NCBI GenBank assembly: GCA_001275005.1
Contig: JWZX01002258.1
Coordinates: 1-36,244 of the forward strand
From: Chrysochromulina tobinii
Taxonomy: Eukaryota
Direction: 5' to 3'
Length of the DNA stretch: 36,244 nucleotides
Translations under genes and position numbers: made by a program
Shown: piece after piece, positions 20,510-28,934 of the stretch
Numbering within the stretch: position 1 is the stretch's first letter
How the letters are laid out: each line of letters starts with the position of its first letter
The notes under the pieces: model-generated
Database searches by the model: none
Told to the model about the DNA's origin: nothing
Seen by the model: only the letters and a program-made list of their open reading frames with translations

Positions 20510-23243
20510 TCAATGGAAGCCTCTCCAATTGTGCGTGTCGTCATCGTCATAGATGCGCCGTGCGAGCGGCGGCGCCGCGCTCCACACTTCGCGCAATCTC
20601 GCCACGCTCGCGTCGTTCATCGCCCAGAAGCACGGCGGCTGCCGCGAGCCGCCATTCCACTCGCCCCGCTCGGCCGAGCAGAGGGAGGCCACACCTTGTG
20701 CCTTGGGGATCGCCCAAAAGTGACGGCGCCAGCCGCCGACCAGGTGGCGATCGAGCACCTGCGCAATCGGTGGCAATCCGAGGTCACCCGAGGTCACCCG
20801 AGGTCATCCGAGGTCATCCGAGGTCATCCGAGGTCATCCGAGGTGGCGCTCGCGAGCACCGGCTGGCCGCCGTTGGCCGTCGACAGGTCAAATAGGACGA
20901 CGCCCGCGGCACGGCCGGCGCTGCAGTTGGCCGCCGCGTGCGGGCAGCAGTAGTCAGGGCTCGGGCAACAGAGCGTGTTCGAGGTCGGGTCGAGGATGAA
21001 GTCCGACGGCCGCTGGCACACTCCCGCCTCGACGACCCAATTGCCACGTGGCAGAAAGTCGTAGAGCGGGTTGAGGTAGGAGTCGGAGCCGCAGGGGTTC
21101 GAGCTGAACGCCCCCTCCACCAGGTAGCCAAGCATAGGCAGCGCGGTGCGGTTCGTTTGCCACTCGCGCGCCTGAGTTAGGGATAGGTCCCTCGGGTTAG
21201 GCTTCGGGTTGGGGTTAGGGGTTCGGTTAAGCATAGGTAGCGCGGTGCGGATCGTGGGCGCCACTCGCCTTGGTATCCACCATGAGCGCGTCAGGCAGTT
21301 GCAATCAGTGGCGATCAGTGGTCTTCAGTAGCAATCACCTTGGTATCCACCCTGAGCGCTTCAGGCAGGCTCCAGTCCATCTTGTGCAGCCAGTGGTTGC
21401 GCGGGAAAGCTCGCAAGAGCCTCATCTTAGACGGGTCGAGGGCCGCGATGGCGCCGCGCAGCCGCGTGCGCCGCTCATCATCCGGCGCGGCGCTCGGCAC
21501 GGCGCTCGGCATGGCGCCCAATACGGCGCCGGGATCGTCGAGATGCAGGCGCATCGCGGCGACGAGCGCGGCTGAATCCGAGCTCTTCCAATCTCGTTGC
21601 AGCTCGTACCTGAGGTGAGAGGCAATCAAGAAGTCATCAGAGGTCATCTGAGAGGTAATCAGATACGTCATCAGAGGCCATCATTATTCATCAGAGCTCA
21701 TCAGTGGCAATCAGAGATGTCATCGGAGGCCATCATGCGTCATCAGAGCTCTTCAGTAGCAATCAGAAATGTCATCAGATGTCATCAGAGCTCATAGGAG
21801 GCGATCAGCTCGTACCGGAGCGCCCCTAGGAAGCAGTCAGTAAAGGCCATGTCGAATGCATGCAGTGTGTCGGCCACACGGCTTTCCTGGCGCCAGCCGC
21901 CCCCCTTGAATGCATGCGCCACCCTCTCCCGCCCGCCGATCATCCACTTCGTCAATTTCGTCCACTCGGCGAGCTGCTTCTCGCTCGCCTTCTCGCTCGC
22001 GGCGGGCGGCGGACTCCATACCATCCGCCAGCCGTGACCGCGCTCGTGCCTGATGAGGGGCGTCATCGTGTGTCGTGTGCAGGCCTTCAGAGGCAATCTT
22101 AAAGGCCAACTTAGGCCATATGCCCTGAGTGACAATCGGAGGTCATAAGTGGCCATCAGGGGTCATCAGAGGTCATTAGATGTCATCAGAGGCCATCAGA
22201 GGCCATCAGAGGCCATCAGAGGTCATCAGAGGCCTTCAGAGGCCTTCAGAGGCCATCAGAGGTCATCAGAGGCCATCAGAGGCCATCAGAGGCCATCAGA
22301 GGCCATCAGAGGCCATCAGAGGTCATCAGAGGTCATCAGAGGCCATCAGTGGACAAGTTTTGTACCAGAGGAAGCGGATGCCGTGCAGCGCTCGCAGCCT
22401 CCCACCCGAGTGTACCTGAGGAGGAGAGAGGGGGAGGCCATCAGAGGTCATCAGAGCCCTCAGAAGCAATCATAAGCAATAAGAGGCCATCCGAAGCTAT
22501 GCGAGGCAAATTAGCGTACATCGCCCAATATCGGCCCAAAGCTCGTCTTGAAGCGCATGTCGTACCGAGTGATCAAGACTGTCTTGTACGCGGCTCCGCT
22601 CAGGCGGCAGTGCTCCTGGAGCGCCCGGATGGCAGCGAGCGTGCTCAGGATCTGCTCGCTCGCGCTTGCATCGAGCGTCGTAATGAGCTCCAGGTGCTCG
22701 CCGAACGGCCGTCGCAGATCCTCGAGCGCACTCGGCCGGCGCACGTCCGCGTCGTACACAGTGAGGAAGACCTGGGCGAGGGCACGACTCATACCCCAGG
22801 CTGGTTACTGGCTGGTTCCGGTGGGTGTGTAGCGCAGGAGAGGAAGAGATCAGGAGGAGAAGGAGCCTCCTCACGAGCAGCAGAGCGAAGCTGAGTTCGA
22901 GAAGCAGACCACGCACCCCTACACGATCGCCAAGCTCCGCAAACGGACGTACGATCATGCGTTGGACCGAGAGTGCGCACTCGATCTGGGCCGCGCGGTT
23001 GACTTCTGGTGTTTCTGACCCACGGAAGGCGCCACCGCGTAGCAGGACTGCGAGGCCGCCGCCGCGAGCATGGCCGGCAGCCTTGCGACGGTAGATGCAT
23101 CGTGCGTTTAGACGATCGAGAGCGGCCTCAATGAGCCAGGTGGCGTTGGGCATGCGGATTTGGAGCTTGGTCGCATACCAGTCCTCGCACAAGGAAGCGT
23201 GGCGCCGCGCCGAACCCGGTGGCAAACCGACCGGCAAGCCCAT
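20510..23243 (-). CDS. Uncharacterised 564-aa protein with glycosyltransferase-like N-terminal region and Cys-rich C-terminal region. Exons 23243-22917, 22771-22520, 22415-22366, 22049-21816, 21609-21339, 21171-20860, 20758-20510
   Basis: Exons join in phase to 1695 nt. Motifs LAVLLRGGAFR...VFLTVY...YKTVLITRYDMRF...IRFLWHE...DTLHAF resemble uncharacterised GT-A-like families. C-terminal CCPSPDYCCP. Confidence 0.7.
22150..22348. repeat. Intronic decamer satellite (GG[CT]CATCAGA)n, roughly 20 copies
   Basis: Direct reading of the sequence inside intron 22050-22365. Related decamers occur in introns at 2060-2312, 11226-11422, 15110-15268, 20759-20859, 21610-21815, 22416-22519 and 24155-24244. 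Confidence 0.95.
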
Positions 23244-23425
23244 CCCTCAGCCCGTGAGCGACGCGCAAATTTCTCGCAGCATGCAAGGCCTTGCTCTTCG
23301 GGGCCGACGAGTTCGACTAATAAGGGTCATACTTGTGGAGGGAGAGAGCTCCGTCGCAAGCGCTCTTCATTCGCTGGGTTGACCGAGGGATCATGGAAAG
23401 TTCACGACAGAATCTTAATAAAGGC

Positions 23426-24730
23426 ATGCGCACCAGCAGCACACTTCTTTCTTGTGTGGCGACGGCGGCCTTGTGCATCGCAGGCGCCTCGCCCCGGTTG
23501 CATCCCACGGCTGCTTGCGTGCGCTGCCATGCTGCACCGGTGTGCATGGCAAAGGGCGATGGGAAAAAGTCACGTCCGCCAAAGGCACCAGCGCCGCCGC
23601 CTGGGCCGCCAATGGCACCACCAGAGGTGGCACCGCGCTCGGGCAGGATCACGCAGGGCGGTGCCGTATCTGGAAGTGGCAATGTGCTGAGCGTGCGGCA
23701 GCAAATTGCCATCGTCCGCTCCTTCAAAAAGATGGCGGCGGCTGGTCCGGCGTCGCCAGCCAAGCGCACCTCGTTCCGCAAGATTGCCAAAGAGGGAGGC
23801 GATCGCAATACCACGAAAGCCGTGGACGAAGACGTTGAGGTCGATTTGCGCGACCCCTTGCTATTTATCGATGGGTACAACGTGATCAACATGTGGCCGC
23901 GGCTGAAGAAGCGCTTTCAGAAGGGCGAGCTCCTCGAGGCTCGTGAGATGCTCCTCGCCGACGTGGCCGACTTTACGATCAGCCGCTTCGAATCTGTGGT
24001 GGTCTTCGATGCCAACGGGGCGGCCGACCGCGTCGAAGGCAAGGATCGCGAGGAGACGTACGCGAGCGGCCTCGTGCGCGTGGTCTACGCCCACGACAGC
24101 GCCGACGCGTACATTGAGCGTGAGACGAAGGCACAACGCGCCGAGGGTCGACCGGTGCGCGCGCGTGGCCACGAGCGAGGTTGACTGATGACCTCTGATG
24201 ACCTCTGATGACCTCTGCGTGCCCTTGATTGCTTCCCTCATCAGGTGCGCGTGGCCACAAGCGACAACGGCATCGCGACAGCGTGCGCGATGTATGGCGC
24301 GTCGGTCGTGTCCTCCCAGTTCATGGTGACGGAGCTCAAGGCGAGCCGCAACGCCGCCGCCGCCATCATCGACGAGTTCAACCGTCGTCAGGTTCGCGCC
24401 GCGGGGCTCTCACGACCGCTCTGGGACGCGTTGCCTTCCGACTTACAAGAGCAGTGGGACGCGTCGATACAGGCCGACGTCGACAAGCGGCTCACCAAGG
24501 CGCAGATCGCGGCCAAGGCTGCGCACGAGGAGCTGCTCAAGAGCGGTGCGCTCGACCGTGGCGCCGCTGCCCGGCGCAAGCAGCTCGAGCGACAGCGGTT
24601 GCGGCGCCGGCCAGGTGCGGAAGAAGCAGGCACAGGAGCAACCGAAGGCGATGCGGCGCGCGGGACGATGGACGATGAAAAGCCTAGCTCGCTATTCGAT
24701 GTGCTTGAGGATGGGCTTTTTGACGCGTGA
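23426..24730 (+). CDS. NYN_YacP (Rae1/DUF901-like) ribonuclease, probably plastid-targeted. Exons 23426-24154, 24245-24730
   Basis: LFIDGYNVIN...AREMLL...VVVFDA...SADAYIER...VRVATSD...GASVVSS catalytic NYN motifs. N-terminal signal peptide plus transit-like peptide. 90-nt GT-AG intron in phase 0. Confidence 0.88.
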
Positions 24731-24913
24731 CACTGCGCCGGGTGACGCTGTTGTCTGGTCACTGCGCCCGCGTGACGCTGCGTCCAGATTGTATGCCGGA
24801 CTTTTGCGATGCCAAATGGGTTTTGACCCAAATTCGGTGGCGATTGTGGAAGAATTCTCAAGGCGTTCCTTTTCACACCGAAGGCACGAAAGACGTCGGC
24901 GTGAACCTCCTTC

Positions 24914-25559
24914 ATGGCGCGTGCAAGCCACGAGGGAGGGTTTGCCGGGCGCGGACCGCTTGCGGGACGGCGCGCGGCGGACGAGGAAGACGCCTCTTAT
25001 CTGCGACTGGGGAAGGGTGCGCTCGCGCGCCTCATGAGCGGCGAACAACGCCGTGCGACAAATGTCTCTCCTGACGTTTGCGCGGTCCTTTGGTAGATTT
25101 CTCGCGAGCCAAATGTCTCATGAACGCTGACGTGGCGCTCATCCTCGAGCGGAAGCGGGAAATCATGGAGGCGAAGGGCCAGGCGCCGAAGAGCGACTTC
25201 ATCAAAGCGTACAAGTATGTCAATCAGGTGAAGCAGTTCCGCGAAAAGCATGTGGTGGTGCAAGTTCGCAAGTGCGTCGCGCAAACACCTCGTTCGCATG
25301 CCACCCAGGACCTCCCATGCCCGCCCTCAGTTGATCAACGAATCGCCGCGTGCGCAACCGCCCTAATGCCAGGGAGCTCGAGGCATTTGGCCTCGAGCCT
25401 TTTGAGGTCGCTCAGCTCGGCAATCTGTGTCCGGAGACGGCGGCGGAGGCGAAAGCGCTGATCCCGTCACTCGAGAACATGGAGGGCCGTATGCTGGACA
25501 ATGCGCAGCTCACCGAGCTGCTGCAGCAGCTCGCTGCTAACAAGCAATTCTCCACATGA
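24914..25559 (+). CDS. RPB4: RNA polymerase II subunit RPB4 (POLR2D). Exons 24914-25016, 25097-25271, 25373-25559
   Basis: EEDASYLRLGKDFSRAKCLMNADVALILE...FIKAYKYV...FEVAQLGNLCPETAAEAKALIPSL. Two GT-AG introns (80 and 101 nt) give a 154-aa protein. Confidence 0.93.
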
Positions 25560-25871
25560 TACGCCGACCGCGCGTTTAGGAACTTCCTACCATAGAACGA
25601 TTCGTGGCGCCCCGCCGGCCTGAGCCGGTCCGCGGACCCGAACCTGCGGGGGCACGCTTGCGAGCGCGACACTCCACAGTCTAAGTGGCAGCATGCCGAA
25701 ATGGAATCACATTTTTTTCATGAGTGTTCAATAAACGCGCTCCCCAGGCCGCGCATACGATCCCTTTCGTCGAACGCGTGGGCGGCCGCTCTGCCCTCTG
25801 GGGGCAGGAGCGTCCTCCCGGCGGGGTCCGAGGGCACGCTCTCTCTTGACTTCATCGGTTATGTCAGAGTA

Positions 25872-27749
25872 CAGGAGCGGAAATAGAAACTGCGCTCTGT
25901 ATCGTGGAATCTGTGCTCCCTACGTTGGTAAGCCCTAGGTATCGACACTCGGAAATTTGTGGGTCCCTCATTTGCTGCGAGTGCGACCCAAGAGGGGTCC
26001 TCGGAAACTCGGAAACTCGGAATCTGGAATTTGGGGGTCCCCTGGGCTCGGACCCAAGAGGGGTCCTCGGAAACTCGGAAACGCGGAATCTGGAATCTGG
26101 GGATCCTTTGGGCTTGCGACCCAGGAGGGGCCCTCGGTCCAGCTCGGAAACTCAGAAACTTGGAATCTGGAATTTGGGAGCCCCTCTCCTCTGCCTTGGA
26201 CCGAAGAGGCAAGAGGGGGCCTCGGAAACTCGGAAACTCGGAATCTGGAATTTGGGGGCCGTCCCTTGCGCCTTGGGCTCGGACCCAAGAGGGGGCCTCG
26301 GAAACTCGGAAACTCGGAAAAATCTGGAATATGCCCAGGAGTATCCTGGAATCTGCACACTCGGAATCTTGGAATCTGGAATTTGCAGAGGAGTATCCTG
26401 GAATCTGCCCATGAGGAAACATGGAAATATCTGGATTTTGGGATCCCTCTGCGGACCCACGGAGGGGCCCCGGAAACTCGGAAACTTGGAATCTGGAATT
26501 TGCAGAGGAGTATCCTGGAGTCTACACAGAACACACTTGGAAACATGGAATCTGGATTTTGGCATCCCTCTGCAGACCCACGGAGAGGCCCCGGAAACTC
26601 GGAAACTCGGAATCTGGAATTTGCTATTTGGAAGAATTTGGGTTTCCGTGCTGCAAGGTTGCCCCCCCCCCCCCTCGCGCTCTGGGTGACCGCTCATCCC
26701 TCCCCGGGCCCTCCCCGCCCTGGTCGACCGTGGGTCAACAGCTTTTCGTAAATGGACATCTCATGATTGTACATGTACCTCGAAACTCGGAATCTTGAAA
26801 AGTTTTGCGTTCGCGTTCAAGATGCCATCGGCACCAAAATCCGCTCGACCAAGAACGATCACCTACGCCACTATTTCCCGATCATGCCCTGCTGCCTTCG
26901 CTCACCATCGCGTACGTCGACTCGCAAAGAACGCAAAGATACACTCGACACCGTCGCGTGACGACAGTGTCGAGCGACAGGTCGCTCAAGTAGTAGCTCT
27001 TGTTCAGCAGCCAGTCAAAAGCGCCTACAGCGCAAGCCACTGCCAATGGCGCGCCTGTGCCTGCTGGCTTGGCAGGCGCCGCGCAAATCAAGCGCAAATC
27101 CAATCGTGCGGAAGTGGCGGTGCAGCATGTCCGCTGATACGGCCATCACAGCTGAGAAGAGCAGCGCGACTTTCAATGCGCCGCGCATCAGCCGGTGTGG
27201 CAAGGATGCGAGCGTGCTCCGACGCGATGCCGAGCCGCCCGCGGCGCGCGCTGCAGCGACGCGCGCTCTGGCCAAGCCGTTGCGCGCGCCGGGGGCCTTG
27301 CAACGTTGCAAGGGCCTTTCGCGTGCGGGAAACGTGCATACATGCAGCAGGGACATGCAGTACCGGTAAAGTGATCGCATTTTCCACTTTCCAAGATTCC
27401 GAGATTCCAAGACACAAGAAAAAAGAAAGGCGGTACCGGTTCAAAAACACCGGGGGAGCCGGACACACTATTTTGGGATTTCCAAGAACCAGCGCGGGTC
27501 ATCCAGATTCCAGATTCCACGCCTCGCCCCGGATTTTGGAGAAATGGACAGTTTCCAAGAACCGGCGCGGGCCATCCAGAATCCAGATTCCGCGCCTCGC
27601 CGCGGATTTTGGAACTTGGACAGATTTCAAGATCCAGATATCGCCATGCAGAATTATTCCAGATTACGCGCCTCGCCCTGCGATTTGGAAATTGAAAGAC
27701 AAAATACAGATTCCAAATTCCGAGACAGCAGTTTCTGTTTACGCTCCTG
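25872..27749. mobile_element. Non-autonomous DNA transposon (TIR element with subterminal repeat arrays; Tc1/mariner-like ends)
   Basis: 25867-25893 and the reverse complement of 27728-27754 match at 24/27 nt. Ends read TA|CAGGAGCG...CGCTCCTG|CA. Left arm has GGAAACTC/GGAATCTGGAATTT arrays; right arm has the same motifs inverted (CCAGATTCC). No transposase ORF. Confidence 0.7.
25940..26800 (+). repeat. Subterminal tandem array of CTCGGAAACTCGGAAACTCGGAATCTGGAATTT units (~50-80 bp period)
   Basis: Roughly ten or more degenerate copies visible directly in the sequence. Confidence 0.92.
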
Positions 27750-28069
27750 CACTCATGCCTCACCGGCAATCCGGGCGGGATGCGGCATGCGCGCGGCGGC
27801 GGCGGTCCTGCCGCGGGCGAGCCGCGCGGACGGGCCGCGGAGCCATCGATCTTCGATGCCCGCTTGCCCGGAGCGCGGCCGCGCTCGAGCGCGCGATGCG
27901 TCATGCGAAGTTGATGAAATTTTTTGGGGGGATCGGTGTAGCTGGGCCAGTCGGACTTAATATACCTTGCCTAAGCGTTTGCTGCATCAATGTGATTCAA
28001 GGAGAGTATACCAAAGGCCGACGCGGTGGCCTCGCACGCCCAACGTGGGACCATCCCACGGCGCGTTTC

Positions 28070-28736
28070 TCACGAGATCTCTGCAGGCGCGGGCGAGTCG
28101 CTGGAGCTCTGGGCAGTCGATGTCTCCGCCGCCGCGGCCTTCGCCGCCTCCTCGGCCGCGAGCTCTGCCTCGCGCGCGAGGATCATCTTCATACGAGCTT
28201 TCTTGAGGACCGCGTCCAGTTTGACCATCGACTTATCCTTGAGCGCGGCCTCAAGCTCCTCGAGCTCGTCAATGTCCTCGCATGCGGCGATGAGCTCCTC
28301 CACCTTTGCAACCTTCTCCTTCAGCTCCATGCTCGCCAGCTTGCCCTGGCCCTTGATGAAGCACCCCTCGCCATTGCACTGTTCGCATACCTCGGTGAGG
28401 ACACGGAAGCCATACTGCCGCTGGACGGTGCCGTGCGCCTGGCAGGCCTGGCACATGGTCACTTCGGTCATTTTCTGCTCGGAACTCGAAAGCACATCGC
28501 GGCGAACGTCACGACTCGCCTCCGCTTGCAGGTCAGCACGCGGACGGCTGTACTTCTTGCGAAGCTTCTCGATGTCGATGTCACTGCGAGAGCGAGCACG
28601 GACCACCGGACGAGTGAGCGAAGGCGGAGGGGGCGGCCGGTGGCCTGACAACAGAAGAGTGTTCTGTCAAGCTGCCTTACTCGGTGTTGTTGGGTTTAAC
28701 CTGTACCGGCGCGTCATGGATCACGGCTTGCGTCAT
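28070..28736 (-). CDS. DnaJ-type zinc-finger (CxxCxGxG-like) coiled-coil protein without J-domain. Exons 28736-28681, 28583-28070
   Basis: CQACQAHG...CEQCNGEG motifs followed by an acidic coiled coil. 97-nt intron GTAAGG...CTCTCGCAG in phase 2 gives a 189-aa protein. Confidence 0.75.
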
Positions 28737-28934
28737 GGAGATCCGTTGGCAGGCGAAGCCGAAGGAGCGAGTGTGAACGAATGGTCGACGGTTCGGTCAG
28801 ACGGGTTTGAGGTGAACGCGCGTGTTATACTGGGGGGGAACAGTCGTTGGAGCCGGATACGGGTGCGCCCCCGACCCCAAATTTGGGGAAACACGGGCGC
28901 CCGCCGCCGCGCCGCCGTCTTCCGCCGCCATACG

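Noticed and set aside
21172..21230. TTAGGG-like tract as a chromosome end
   Set aside because: Short, degenerate and internal to an intron of a continuing gene.
22149..22475. ORFs with (IRGHQRPSEA)n peptides, also at ~2065-2300, ~11250-11420 and ~21600-21800
   Set aside because: Antisense translations of intronic decamer repeats.
25940..26640. CRISPR-like repeat-spacer appearance
   Set aside because: Eukaryotic context, degenerate repeats, mutually related spacers of irregular length, and no cas genes.
25904..26798. Several overlapping 125-264 aa ORFs with repeated peptides (ETRKLGIWNL, QIPSFRV)
   Set aside because: They are translations of the subterminal repeat array, open in many frames, with no protein family signal.
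26795..28648. 617-aa plus-strand ORF as a possible transposase
   Set aside because: TTG start, no DDE/HTH motifs, runs out of the element and antisense over the zinc-finger gene. A chance ORF in GC-rich DNA.
28026..28934. N-terminal 303 aa of the 939-aa ORF
   Set aside because: Mostly antisense to the DnaJ-type zinc-finger gene plus promoter sequence. The likely start is the ATG at 28935.
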